A stretch of DNA of 46,251 bases, the filler included, from Actinomycetota bacterium (GTDB lineage Bacteria; Actinomycetota; CADDZG01; JAHWKV01; JAOPZY01): the NCBI GenBank assembly GCA_025963875.1. It is 2 parts of 2 records of this genome, joined end to end, with 100 filler letters (N's around TTAATTAATTAA, not from the genome) between each part and the next. Parts side by side here need not be neighbours in the genome. Positions count along the whole stretch, not along the records: positions 1 to 23,437 come from JAOPZY010000160.1; 1 more part is not named here. One strand, 5' to 3'. Made by a program: the position numbers and the translations under genes. Positions 11,377-20,908 of the stretch are shown here, in pieces; the stretch's first letter is position 1; each line of letters begins with the position of its first letter. The notes under the pieces are model-generated. The model worked only from the letters and a program-made list of their open reading frames with translations, was not told the DNA's origin and did no database searches.

Positions 11377-13088
11377 CCGAAGCCCGCGCCGCGCAGCGCT
11401 TCCGAGCCGGCTTCGAGCGCCGCCGTGGGCAGATCGCGGCCCTCGGCCGGCGGGGGAGCCAGGTCCTCGTCCTCGCTGGGTTGACCGGGGTGCTGACCGG
11501 CCTGGCGGTCGCAGGGTTCGAGTGGGTGACGCGCGACCAACTCTTCGAGGGCCTCCGGGACCAGCCGGTCGGGGTGCAGGTCGCCGCGCCCCTCGTCGGC
11601 CTCCTTCTCGCGGCGGCGATCCTGCGATGGATCGCCCGGACGACCTCCCCGGCGACCGCAGACGAGTACATCCACAACTTCCACGAGACGGGGCGCAGGC
11701 TCGACCTGCGGCTCCTGCCGGGAAGGATCCTCGCCAGCATGGTCACGCTCGGCTTCGGCGGGGCCCTGGGCTACGAAGGCCCGTCGATCTACCTGGGGGC
11801 GGGGATCGGCTCGGCGCTGCAGGCCCGCTTCAGCCGCTTGTTCTCCCGCAGCGACGTCAAGGTCCTCCTGGTGGCCGGCGCCGCCGCCGGTGTGGCCGCC
11901 ATCTTCAAGGCACCCGCCACCGGCCTTGTCTTCGCCCTGGAGGTGCCGTACCAGGAGGACTTCGCCCGGCGGATGCTCCTGCCGGCCGGGATCGCGGCCG
12001 CTTCGAGTTACGTCGTGTTCGCCACCTTCTACGGCACGGCCCCCCTCTTCGCCGTCAGCGGCGCTCCCCCGTTCGACTTCCGGGACCTGGCCGGCGCCGT
12101 CGTGCTGGGGGTCATCTGCGGGGTGGGGGCACGGGGGTTCACGCGGGCGCTGGCGCGTGCGAAGCAGCTGTCGGGGCGGGGGAACCCGTGGGTCCGGGCC
12201 GCCGGCGCCGGCGTTGGCCTCGGGGGCCTCGCGGCCGCCTCCTATGCCCTCTTCGGCTCGGCGCTGACCCTCGGCCCCGGGTACGACAACCTCCAGTGGG
12301 CGTTCAATCCCCACCGGGCCGTCATCCTCGTCGTGGCCCTCCTCCTCATGCGGGCGGCGGCCACGGTGGTGACCGTCGCCGGGGGTGGTGCCGGAGGGCT
12401 GTTCATCCCACTCGTGGTGGAGGGGGCGCTCCTGGGCCGGACGCTCGGGGGGATCTTCCGCACCGCTTCCTCGGGGAGCAACTTCTTCCCGCTCGTCGGG
12501 GTGTCGGCCTTCCTGGGAGCCGGCTACCGGGTGCCCCTTGCCGCCGTGGTGTTCGCTGCGGAGGCAAGCGGGAGGCCCGGCTTCATCGTGCCCGGTCTCA
12601 TCGCCGCCATGGTGTCCCAGCTCTTCATGGGTTCCGCCTCCGCCTCCACCTACCAGATGAGCGCCCGGGCCGGGCACCTGGAGCGGCGCTTCCCCCTGCC
12701 CCTTTCGTCCGCCCTGCGGACCGATGCCGCAACCGCCGCTCCCGACATGACCCTGGACGAGTTCTTCCGCTACCACGCGGTGGGCCTTCGTGAGCACGCC
12801 GCCGTCGTCGTCGAGCAAGGCCGGTACCTGGGGGTTGTCCGCGTCGAGGAGCTGGCCGAGACCCCCCAGGAGCTGTGGGCCACCACACCTGTCTCGGACC
12901 TCATGCGCATGGACTTCCCGACCGCCGATCCGCTCTGGCACCTCCGTGATGCGCTCGGGGCCATGGAGAGGGCCGACATCGACCTGCTGCCGGTGGTGGA
13001 GGGGGAGCGGTTCGTCGGGGTGGTGACCACGGCCGAGATCCTGAAGCTCGACGACATCCTGCAGATCACCGGCGACGAAGAGACGTGA
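11373..13088 (+). CDS. ClC-family chloride channel/antiporter with C-terminal CBS pair
   Basis: LGYEGP, AGAAAGVAAIFKAPATG and GGLFIP motifs, many TM segments, CBS repeats; ATGA overlap with marR. Confidence 0.9.
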   Translation: MTEARAAQRFRAGFERRRGQIAALGRRGSQVLVLAGLTGVLTGLAVAGFEWVTRDQLFEGLRDQPVGVQVAAPLVGLLLAAAILRWIARTTSPATADEYIHNFHETGRRLDLRLLPGRILASMVTLGFGGALGYEGPSIYLGAGIGSALQARFSRLFSRSDVKVLLVAGAAAGVAAIFKAPATGLVFALEVPYQEDFARRMLLPAGIAAASSYVVFATFYGTAPLFAVSGAPPFDFRDLAGAVVLGVICGVGARGFTRALARAKQLSGRGNPWVRAAGAGVGLGGLAAASYALFGSALTLGPGYDNLQWAFNPHRAVILVVALLLMRAAATVVTVAGGGAGGLFIPLVVEGALLGRTLGGIFRTASSGSNFFPLVGVSAFLGAGYRVPLAAVVFAAEASGRPGFIVPGLIAAMVSQLFMGSASASTYQMSARAGHLERRFPLPLSSALRTDAATAAPDMTLDEFFRYHAVGLREHAAVVVEQGRYLGVVRVEELAETPQELWATTPVSDLMRMDFPTADPLWHLRDALGAMERADIDLLPVVEGERFVGVVTTAEILKLDDILQITGDEET

Positions 13089-13116
13089 GGAGGCCGCGGC
13101 GGCCATCGGCTTCGAA

Positions 13117-13159
13117 GTTTGGTGAAAATTTGTTCGCAGCGAACGAAAAAGCACCAAAC
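13117..13159. repeat. Imperfect hairpin (REP-like)
   Basis: GTTTGGTG...GTTCGC-A-GCGAAC...CACCAAAC. Confidence 0.55.
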
Positions 13160-13176
13160 ATCTTTAGAATCTGTCG

Positions 13177-15210
13177 GTGCTTACCGCCGTCGCAATGACC
13201 CTGGCGATTGCCGTCGCCCTGGGCCTGTTCACCCGGCGGGCCCTCCAGCTCCTCGCCATGCTGCGCCTCGGCAAGCCGGAGAAGCGCTGGGACAACCTCG
13301 GTGCCCGGATCGGCAGGGAGCTGCGGGTGGTCTGGAGCCAGCAGAAGCTCCTGCAGTGGCCGTTCCCGGGCATCATGCACACCTTCATCTTCTGGGGCTT
13401 CGTGGTCCTGTTCACCACGATCGTCGAGGCGTTCGGCAAGGCGTACTCGTCGTCGTTCGCCCTTCCCGTGGTCGGGCACTGGGGTCCCCTCGCCGCCCTC
13501 CAGGACACGTTCGCCGGGCTCGTGCTCGTCGGCATCGCCATGGCCTTCTACATCCGCAAGGTGCTCAGGCCGGGGCGCTTCCGGGGTTCGCACCTCAAGG
13601 AGGCCGACCAGATCCTCATCGCCATCTCGGGCATCATGCTGACGGTCATCGGGCTGCGGGCCACCGAGATCGCTGTCGGCCACTTCCCCTACCCCCGCGC
13701 CGCCGCCTACATCTCCTCGTTCGTCGCTGCCCACCTGTTCGACGGCCTCGCCCACGGCTCCCAGGAGGTCTGGAACGGCGGTTTCCTCTGGGCCCACTCC
13801 CTGCTGGTCCTCGCCTTCCTCGTCTACCTGGGCTACTCCAAGCACCTCCACATCATCACGGCGCCGTTCAACGTCTTCTTCTCGTCGACGGCCAGCCGCC
13901 CCCGGGGGGCCCTGAAACGGGTCGACGTGGACTTCGAGGAGATGGGTGACGACGACGTCATCGGCGCCGCGACGATCACCGACCTCACGTGGAAGGGGCT
14001 CCTCGACACCTACACCTGCACGGAGTGCGGCCGGTGCCAGTCCGCCTGCCCCGCCTGGAACACCGGCAAGCCGCTGTCACCGAAGCTCCTCGTGATGGAG
14101 CTGCGGGACCATCTGATGCAGGCGGGGCCGGGGCTCGTCGCCGCCAGGAAGGCAGGCGGGTCACCGGAGACGACGACGCCGCTCAACCCCGACGTCCTCG
14201 ACGACGAGGTGGTCTGGGACTGCACCACCTGCGGTGCCTGCGTCTACAACTGCCCGGTGGACATCGAGCACATCGACCACATCATCGACATGCGCCGCAA
14301 CCTCGTGATGATGGAGGCCCGCTTCCCCCGGGAGATGGGGACCGCCCTGAACAACCTCGAGAACTCCGGCAACCCGTGGGGCCAGCCCGCCCGGGCCCGC
14401 CTCGACTGGGCGCAGGGCCTGGACATCCCCGTCGTCGGCCGGGACGTCGCCCCTGGCGAGTTCGAGGTGCTCTTCTGGGTCGGCTGCGCCGGTGCCTTCG
14501 AGGACCGCAACAAGAAGGTGGTCCAGAGCTTCGCCCGGCTCATGAAGCGTGCCGGCGTGTGCTTCGCCATCCTCGGGTCCTCGGAGGGCTGCAACGGCGA
14601 CCCCGCCCGGCGCATGGGCCACGAGTACCTCTACGAGACGATGGCGAAGGCCAACATCGAGACGATGGAGGCGGGGGGCGTGACGAAGATCGTCACGGCC
14701 TGCCCCCACTGCTTCAACACCATCGCCAACGAGTACCCCCAGTTCGGCGGCAACTACCAGGTCCGTCACCACACCGATTTCCTCGCCGAGCTCGTGGCCG
14801 AGGGCCGCCTTCCCATCGAGCGGGACTTCCCCGAGAGCGTCGCCTACCACGACCCCTGCTACGCGGCCCGGCACAACGACATCCTGGAGGCCCCCCGCCG
14901 CATCCTCGAACAGGCGGGCGCCCCCACCAGGGAGCTGCACCGCCACGGCCGGCACACCTTCTGCTGCGGCGCCGGCGGGGGCCGGATGTGGATGGAGGAG
15001 CGTCTCGGCAAGAAGGTGAACCTCGACCGGGTGGACGAGGCCCTGGCGGTCGGCACCGACGTCGTCGGGGTCGGCTGCCCGTTCTGCCACGTCATGCTGG
15101 GCGACGGGATCGCCGAGCGCGGCGCCGACGCCGACATCAAGGTCCGGGACCTGGCGCAGATCCTCGAGGACGTGGTGGCCGCGGAGGCCCCGGAGACGAC
15201 GCAGGGTTAG
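13177..15210 (+). CDS. Membrane-bound Fe-S oxidoreductase (FadF/HdrD-like, with CCG domains)
   Basis: N-terminal TM region, CTECGRCQSACP and CTTCGACVYNCP, YHDPC, CCGAGGG; TAGAAT 6 nt before the GTG. Confidence 0.92.
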   Translation: MLTAVAMTLAIAVALGLFTRRALQLLAMLRLGKPEKRWDNLGARIGRELRVVWSQQKLLQWPFPGIMHTFIFWGFVVLFTTIVEAFGKAYSSSFALPVVGHWGPLAALQDTFAGLVLVGIAMAFYIRKVLRPGRFRGSHLKEADQILIAISGIMLTVIGLRATEIAVGHFPYPRAAAYISSFVAAHLFDGLAHGSQEVWNGGFLWAHSLLVLAFLVYLGYSKHLHIITAPFNVFFSSTASRPRGALKRVDVDFEEMGDDDVIGAATITDLTWKGLLDTYTCTECGRCQSACPAWNTGKPLSPKLLVMELRDHLMQAGPGLVAARKAGGSPETTTPLNPDVLDDEVVWDCTTCGACVYNCPVDIEHIDHIIDMRRNLVMMEARFPREMGTALNNLENSGNPWGQPARARLDWAQGLDIPVVGRDVAPGEFEVLFWVGCAGAFEDRNKKVVQSFARLMKRAGVCFAILGSSEGCNGDPARRMGHEYLYETMAKANIETMEAGGVTKIVTACPHCFNTIANEYPQFGGNYQVRHHTDFLAELVAEGRLPIERDFPESVAYHDPCYAARHNDILEAPRRILEQAGAPTRELHRHGRHTFCCGAGGGRMWMEERLGKKVNLDRVDEALAVGTDVVGVGCPFCHVMLGDGIAERGADADIKVRDLAQILEDVVAAEAPETTQG

Positions 15211-15250
15211 AATAGGGGCTCCCTCCGGCTCCCTGTGGTGGAGGGATCAC

Positions 15251-15321
15251 GCGGATGTAGTTCAATGGCAGAACGGAAGCTTCCCAAGCTTCAGGCGGGG
15301 GTTCGATTCCCCTCATCCGCT
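15251..15321 (+). tRNA. tRNA-Gly (anticodon CCC), CCA not encoded
   Basis: Acceptor stem GCGGATG/CATCCGC, anticodon arm GAAGC-TTCCCAA-GCTTC, T-loop GGTTCGATTCC; TAGAAT -10-like hexamer at 15208-15213. Confidence 0.95.
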
Positions 15322-15474
15322 CGAAGACGTCGGGCCATTCGTCCCATAGCGCTCGTAACCCTCGGCTCGTAGTCCCTTTGCGTCCCCACAGGGTCCCCCA
15401 AGAAGGTGAGCGAGAAATGATGTATCGACGTTATGTACCTTGGGCGTCGACAGGCCGAAACTAGTACTAGTTCG

Positions 15475-15612
15475 ACAGCCGAAGGAAACGGCACCGGGTC
15501 AAGGTCTGGAACCGAACCCCGAACCCCCCCGGGGGGATCCGCTTCCCGGTTCCAAGCCCTTCGGTCTGGTTTCACCCAGGGCCCGCCCACCACCCCCCCG
15601 GTGGCGGAGCCT
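15475..15612 (+). ncRNA. Candidate structured small RNA, family unknown
   Basis: Nested stems CAGCCGAAGG/CCTTCGG(T)CTG and TGGAACCG/CGGTTCCA, C-rich loops, terminal GC hairpin; no credible ORF; strand is a guess. Confidence 0.4.
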
Positions 15613-15661
15613 CGCAGCACCCGCTCGCCACCCCACCCCCCTCGGGTGGCAGCGCGCCCGG

Positions 15662-16303
15662 CTACGGGTGGAGCTCCCCGGCCCGCACGGCCTGGACGCC
15701 GCGAAGCCGGCGGGCAGCCCGCGGCTCGACGATGCGGTCGATGATCCCGTAGAGAAGGGCCTCCTCCGGCGACATGATGAAGTCCCGGTCGGTGTCCGCC
15801 GAGATCTGGGCCACGGGCTTGCCGGTGTGGTGCGCCAGGATCTCGTCGATCAGCCGGCGCTGGCGCAGGATCTCCTTGGCCTGGATCTCGATGTCGACCG
15901 CCTGCCCGCCCACCTGGCCGTGGGGCTGGTGGATGAGGATGCTGGAGTGCGGGAGGGCGTAGCGCTTGCCGGCCGTGCCCCCGGCGAGGACCACCGCGGC
16001 CGCCGAGGCGGCGTAGCCGACGCACCATGTCGCCACGTCGCAGGAGACGGTCTGCATCGTGTCGTAGATGGCGAGCAGCGCCGCCGACGAGCCGCCCGGA
16101 GAGTTCACGTACAGGTTGATGTCCCGCTCGTCGTCCTCCGATTCGAGGTGCAGGAGCTGGGCGGTCACGACGTTGGCGACGCCGTCGTCCAGTGGCGATC
16201 CGAGGAAGACGATCCGCTCCGACAGGAGCCGGGAGTAGATGTCGAAGGCGCGCTCGCCTCGCAGCGTGGTCTCGATGACCATGGGGACGGTGTACTCGCT
16301 CAT
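15662..16303 (-). CDS. clpP: ATP-dependent Clp protease proteolytic subunit
   Basis: [31 protein letters not shown] (Ser), IHQP (His), DTDRD; AAGGAGG SD. Confidence 0.95.
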   Translation of the reverse strand: MSEYTVPMVIETTLRGERAFDIYSRLLSERIVFLGSPLDDGVANVVTAQLLHLESEDDERDINLYVNSPGGSSAALLAIYDTMQTVSCDVATWCVGYAASAAAVVLAGGTAGKRYALPHSSILIHQPHGQVGGQAVDIEIQAKEILRQRRLIDEILAHHTGKPVAQISADTDRDFIMSPEEALLYGIIDRIVEPRAARRLRGVQAVRAGELHP

Positions 16304-16324
16304 GCCTGGCCTCCTTGCTATAAT

Positions 16325-16365
16325 GCAACCCATTGGTTGCGAGTATAGCGCAACGTTTGGGTTGC
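16325..16365. promoter_or_regulatory. Two 16-bp palindromes, probable operator for the adjacent ArsR
   Basis: GCAACC-CATT-GGTTGC (16325-16340) and GCAAC-GTTTGG-GTTGC (16350-16365) between divergent genes. Confidence 0.65.
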
Positions 16366-16379
16366 ACAAGGAGGAGCCG

Positions 16380-16820
16380 ATGCATCCGAGGGCAAGAGTG
16401 GAGAAGCGGATCGTGTACCCGGTCGGCCGGGAGGAGGTCTGGGCTGCGCTCACGCGGGCCGAGGAGCTGTCCCGCTGGTTCGGCATGGAGGTGGTCTCCT
16501 TCGACCTGCGGCCCGCGGGCCGCATCGTATTCAGGGACGCCGGCGGAGCATCGCGCCGGGCGCTGATCGAGGAGGTGGAGGCCCCGTGCCGGTTCGCCTT
16601 CCGGTGGATGCCCGCTCCGGCGGGCGGGTCAGCCCGTGATTCCGGCTCGCGCGTGGAGTTCGTGCTGGAGGAGGTCGCCGAGGGCACCGCCCTCACCGTG
16701 GTCGAGACCCCGTCGCTGGCGGTCGGCGAGTTGATCCCGATGGTGGGGCCGGTCGTCATCGGTTCCTCGATCCCCGACCCGATCGGGGCGCCCCCCCGGA
16801 TCATGGCGCTCAGCAGGTAG
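16380..16820 (+). CDS. SRPBCC/AHSA1-like domain protein
   Basis: [61 protein letters not shown]. Confidence 0.85.
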   Translation: MHPRARVEKRIVYPVGREEVWAALTRAEELSRWFGMEVVSFDLRPAGRIVFRDAGGASRRALIEEVEAPCRFAFRWMPAPAGGSARDSGSRVEFVLEEVAEGTALTVVETPSLAVGELIPMVGPVVIGSSIPDPIGAPPRIMALSR

Positions 16821-16822
16821 CA

Positions 16823-17137
16823 GTGGACCCCGCCGACGCAGTGTTCAGCGCGCTTGCCGATCCCACCCGCCGGGAGGTCATCCGACGGTTGTCGGAGCAT
16901 GCCTCGATGACGGCGACCGAGCTTGCCGGGGTCCTGCCGGTCACCCGCCAGGCCATCGCCAAGCACCTTGCCGAACTGGAGCAGGCCAGCCTCGTCGTCG
17001 GCGAGCGGGTGGGCAGGGAGAACCGGTTCCGCCTCACCCCCGCGCCCATGGGGGAGGCCGTGTCGTGGATGAACTCGGTGGGGGCCCAGTGGGACGACCG
17101 GCTGTCCCGCCTCGGCGAGCACCTCCAATCGCCGTGA
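16823..17137 (+). CDS. ArsR/SmtB family regulator
   Basis: [40 protein letters not shown]. Confidence 0.92.
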   Translation: MDPADAVFSALADPTRREVIRRLSEHASMTATELAGVLPVTRQAIAKHLAELEQASLVVGERVGRENRFRLTPAPMGEAVSWMNSVGAQWDDRLSRLGEHLQSP

Positions 17138-17156
17138 CCCGAGCCTGGGGGGCGGC

Positions 17157-17942
17157 TCACTCACCCGTGAAGTGCGGACTCCGCTTCTCGAAGAAGGCAC
17201 TGATCGCTTCCTGGAGGTCCTTCGTCGAGAAGATCATCGACTGGTGCAGGGACTCCTGCTCCAGGACCTCGTCGAACGGCCGGGAGAACGAGTCGTTGAT
17301 GGCCCGCTTCATCAGCGCCATCGCCACCGGCGGCCCGGCAGCGAGCTTCGCCGCGAGGGTCGCCGCCACCGCCTCCAGCTCGCCGGCGGGCACCACGCGG
17401 TTGGCGATCCCCATCTCGTAGGCCCGCACCGCATCGATCGTCTCGCCCAGGAGCGCCAGCTCCTTGGCACGGTGCAGCCCGACGGACCGGGGCAGCGTGA
17501 ACGTGCCGCTCATGTCCATCACCAGGCCCCGCCGCACGAAGAGCTCGGCGAACCTGGCGTCGTCGCCCATCACGACGAGGTCGCAGGCGAGGGCCAGGTT
17601 GGCGCCGCCCCCTGCCGCGTACCCCCGGACTGCGGCGATCCCCGGCTTCGGGCAGTACATGATGCGGGCGAGCACGCCGTGGATGCGCTCCATCCGGCGG
17701 CGCATCTCCTCGGGTGAGCGGGGCAGCTCCTCGAGGGCGGAGAGGTCGACGCCGGAGCAGAAATGGCCCCCCGCCCCCGTGAGGACGAACGAGTGGATGG
17801 AGGGCTCGGCGGCGATGTGGGAGAACGCGGCGTCGAGCTCCTCGAACATGGTCGCGTTGATGGCGTTGCGTTTGGCGGGTCGGTTGAGGGTGACGGTGGC
17901 GACGGCGTCGGACTGGCTCAGCTGGAGCGTCTCGTAGGGCAT
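17157..17942 (-). CDS. Enoyl-CoA hydratase/isomerase family protein
   Basis: [43 protein letters not shown]. Confidence 0.93.
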   Translation of the reverse strand: MPYETLQLSQSDAVATVTLNRPAKRNAINATMFEELDAAFSHIAAEPSIHSFVLTGAGGHFCSGVDLSALEELPRSPEEMRRRMERIHGVLARIMYCPKPGIAAVRGYAAGGGANLALACDLVVMGDDARFAELFVRRGLVMDMSGTFTLPRSVGLHRAKELALLGETIDAVRAYEMGIANRVVPAGELEAVAATLAAKLAAGPPVAMALMKRAINDSFSRPFDEVLEQESLHQSMIFSTKDLQEAISAFFEKRSPHFTGE

Positions 17943-17966
17943 CGCGCGCCCATCCTACGCGCGCGG

Positions 17967-18722
17967 TCAGCGCAGCAGGCGAACCACCGCCACGATGCCG
18001 ACCACGACGATGATCGCCCGCAGCGCCCCGGCCGGGAGGCGGCGGCCCGCCTTGGCGCCGATCTGGCCCCCGATGGTGGAGCCGACAGCCAGCAGCAGTG
18101 CGGGACGCCAGGCGACGTGCGCCACCACGATGAACAGGACGGCAGCCACCCCGTTCACGATCGCCGCCAGGACGTTCTTGGCGGCATTGATCCGCTGGAT
18201 GTCCTCCCGCAGGGTGAGGCCCATGATGCCCAGGAGCAGCACGCCCTGCGCGGCGCCGAAGTAGCCCCCGTACAGCCCCGCCCCGAAGAGGCCGGCGAGC
18301 AACAGGAGCCCGCCGTCGGCCGGAGGCGCCTTGCGACCTCGCTCCTCCATGCGCCGGGTGATCGCCGGCTGGAAGATGACCAGCAGGCAGGCGAGGACGA
18401 TGAGCGCCGGGACGATGGCCTTGAAGGCCGAGGCGGGCAGGACCAGCAGCAGCAGTGCCCCGCTCAGGCCCCCGAGCCCCGACGCGAGCCCCAGGCGGAT
18501 GAGGCGCCGCCCCTGGCCCGCAAGCTCCTTGCGGTAGCCCCAGGCGCCCGACACCGAGCCCGGCACGAGGCCAACCGTGTTCGAGACGTTGGCCACCACC
18601 GGCGGGTAGCCGAAGGCCAGCAGGGTGGGGAAGGTGATGAGGCTGCCGGAGCCGACGATGGTGTTGATGGTGCCCGCCGCAACCCCGGCGCCGAAGACGG
18701 CGACCTGCTCCAGCCCCGTCAC
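17967..18722 (-). CDS. Sulfite exporter TauE/SafE family membrane protein
   Basis: AGTINTIVGSGSLITFPTL, YGGYFGAAQG; start placed at GTG 18722. Confidence 0.9.
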   Translation of the reverse strand: MTGLEQVAVFGAGVAAGTINTIVGSGSLITFPTLLAFGYPPVVANVSNTVGLVPGSVSGAWGYRKELAGQGRRLIRLGLASGLGGLSGALLLLVLPASAFKAIVPALIVLACLLVIFQPAITRRMEERGRKAPPADGGLLLLAGLFGAGLYGGYFGAAQGVLLLGIMGLTLREDIQRINAAKNVLAAIVNGVAAVLFIVVAHVAWRPALLLAVGSTIGGQIGAKAGRRLPAGALRAIIVVVGIVAVVRLLR

Positions 18723-18858
18723 GGCGTGTTGTCGGCCCTTCCCGGTGGGAGTCCCAGCAGGGAGCCCCACCAGGTGGGGGCATGGTACGCCGCGCCCAAC
18801 GCGCCGGCAGGCCCGGCCTTCGCCCGGAAGCGAGGTTAGTAAGAAATCCCGCGCAGGC

Positions 18859-19077
18859 AGGCCGTCGCAATATGGCGAGCCGGATTCCGGGGTATGGCTT
18901 GTCCGGACCTCCGCGCGCCACCCAGGGCCGGAGGAGGAGGTTGGGAGCCTAGCGCGCGTATACGCGCGATTCGCCCCCAACTTCGGACCAGGGCTGGTCG
19001 GAAACGGAGCAAGTCGGTCTGAAAACGGGCCGTGTACAACCTCGGAGGCCCTCCTCAGTGGAATTTCGCGACGGCCT
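18859..19077. mobile_element. MITE-like element, copy 1
   Basis: Termini AGGCCGTCGCAATAT / ATTTCGCGACGGCCT; inverted diverged second copy at 39374-39579; no transposase ORF. Confidence 0.75.
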
Positions 19078-19237
19078 CCAGGCGAAGGATTTTCTTCCCA
19101 CCTCGCTTCCGGGCGCGGGCAACCGCGCCCACCACCCTCCGGGGCCGGACGGAGCGCGCCCGGCGAACCTGCTCGGCGTCGCGGAGCAGCTCCTCGTGGC
19201 GCAGCCGGGCCATCTCGCCCAGCAGGGCCGGATGCAT
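19055..19237 (-). CDS. Small basic hypothetical protein that ends inside the MITE
   Basis: AGAAGGGA SD-like sequence; MHPALLGEMARLRHEELLRDAEQVRRAR resembles small actinobacterial proteins found beside regulators. Confidence 0.5.
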   Translation of the reverse strand: MHPALLGEMARLRHEELLRDAEQVRRARSVRPRRVVGAVARARKRGGKKILRLEAVAKFH

Positions 19238-19525
19238 GGCGTTCCCTTCTCGGACTAGCAGCGGCCACCGGTGCTGCGTGAGATCAGCGTCTCCTCTGCC
19301 GGCCGGAGGCGGGCTGTTACCCGGCGCCTTGAGGGGCGCCTCGGGGCCCGGGCGCCGGCGCGGCGCCAGGACGTGACGAGCTCCGTCAGCAGCTGGAGCA
19401 GCCGTGCGGCACTCCGGCTCCGTGACTGGGCCTGCCGGGTGGTCGCCTCGTTCATGGGCCCATCCTCGCAAGCCGGGGATGCCCAGACGAGTGGCAGGAC
19501 TGCCTATATTCGCTAAGATGCTGCC

Positions 19526-20560
19526 ATGAACTTGCTGGAGTTCGGTGCCCGCAGAACCGTGGCGGTGGTGGTCTTCGACCGCCTGGCGGTCTTCGAAACG
19601 GCGGTTCCCTGCGAAGTCTTCGGCATCGACCGCTCGGCGATGGGCGCTCCCACCTACGGGCTCCTGCTGTGCGCCGCCGATCCGCCGCCGCTGCGGACGA
19701 CGGAGGGAAGCTTCACCATCGACACTCCCTACGACTTGACGCACCTTCCCGGGGCCGACACCGTGATCGTCCCGGCCTGGCGGGACGTCCGGGAGATCCC
19801 GCCGGACCACCTGCTCGATGCGCTGCGGGCGGCCCACGACCGGGGATCACGGATTGCCTCGCTCTGTTCCGGGGCCTTCGTGCTCGCCCACGCCGGGCTG
19901 CTCGACGGCAAACGGGCCACGACGCACTGGATGTACGCCGGGCTCATGGCCCAGATGTTTCCCAAGGTCAACGTCGATCCGTCGGTGCTGTACATCGACG
20001 AGGGTCAGGTCCTCACCTCGGCCGGAACCGCTGCCGGCATCGACCTCTGCCTCCACATGGTCCGCCAGGACCACGGAGCCCAGGCCGCCAACCTGTTCGC
20101 GCGCCGCATGGTCGTGCCGCCGCACCGCTCCGGGGGCCAGGCGCAGTACGTCGAGGCGCCCCTGCCGCCGAGGATGGACGACGACCCACTCGGCGAGACG
20201 ATGAGCTGGGCGGTCCGGCACCTCGGGGAGCCGCTCACCGTGCCGGCCATGGCGTCGCACGCCCACCTGTCGCCCAGGACCTTCGCCCGGCAGTTCCTGG
20301 CGATGACCGGCACGAGCCCCCTGCGGTGGCTACTCGTGCAGCGGGTGGCGGCGGCGCAACGCCTTCTCGAGAGCACCGACCTCCCCATCGACCGGGTGGC
20401 AGAGGCCTGCGGGCTCGGATCCGCCGCCAACCTGCGCCTGCACTTCGGGAGGGTGGTGGGGACCTCGCCGACCGCCTACCGCAAGGCGTTCAAGCAGCGG
20501 CCCCAGGACGACGTGCGGCCCGGGGCTCTTGACGTCCCGGCTGGGCTCACGGCCTCTTGA
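19526..20560 (+). CDS. GlxA-family regulator (DJ-1/PfpI domain plus AraC HTH)
   Basis: SLCSGAFVLAHAGLLDGKRATTHW, TSAGTAAGIDLCL, C-terminal HTH; TAAGAT 6 nt before the ATG. Confidence 0.93.
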   Translation: MNLLEFGARRTVAVVVFDRLAVFETAVPCEVFGIDRSAMGAPTYGLLLCAADPPPLRTTEGSFTIDTPYDLTHLPGADTVIVPAWRDVREIPPDHLLDALRAAHDRGSRIASLCSGAFVLAHAGLLDGKRATTHWMYAGLMAQMFPKVNVDPSVLYIDEGQVLTSAGTAAGIDLCLHMVRQDHGAQAANLFARRMVVPPHRSGGQAQYVEAPLPPRMDDDPLGETMSWAVRHLGEPLTVPAMASHAHLSPRTFARQFLAMTGTSPLRWLLVQRVAAAQRLLESTDLPIDRVAEACGLGSAANLRLHFGRVVGTSPTAYRKAFKQRPQDDVRPGALDVPAGLTAS

Positions 20561-20900
20561 GCAGCCTCACGACGAAGTCGCCGCCCTCCTTGCGGGTCAG
20601 CTCGTTCGCCCGCAGCACGAACTCCTTCGTGCGGTCGTCGGGCTCCACGCGGCAGTCGAGCACGATGCGCCAGGGAAGGTGCGCATAGTCGGGATACATC
20701 CTCGCCAGGCCGCCGTGGATGGCAAAGCCCACATAGTGCTGCCACTTCTCCTCAAGGCGCAGCAGCAGCCCGGTGGACCGGTCCCAGACGCCGGTGTGGA
20801 CCATGATCAGATCGATCCGGTCCTCCTCGGGCGACAGCATCACCATGTCGATCATGGTGGGGTCGTCGAGGCCTCGGATCCGGTCGGACATGACGGCCAT
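20547..20900 (-). CDS. Hypothetical protein (DUF6572-like)
   Basis: IDMV...LEEKWQHYVGFAIHGGLARMYP pattern; packed behind the oxidoreductase; start may be 20891. Confidence 0.6.
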   Translation of the reverse strand: MAVMSDRIRGLDDPTMIDMVMLSPEEDRIDLIMVHTGVWDRSTGLLLRLEEKWQHYVGFAIHGGLARMYPDYAHLPWRIVLDCRVEPDDRTKEFVLRANELTRKEGGDFVVRLLKRP

Positions 20901-20908
20901 TATCGTCG

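Noticed and set aside
15251..15460. Integrative element at tRNA-Gly, or tRNA-Sec identity
   Set aside because: No integrase or duplicated tRNA 3' end seen; the anticodon is CCC with a short variable arm
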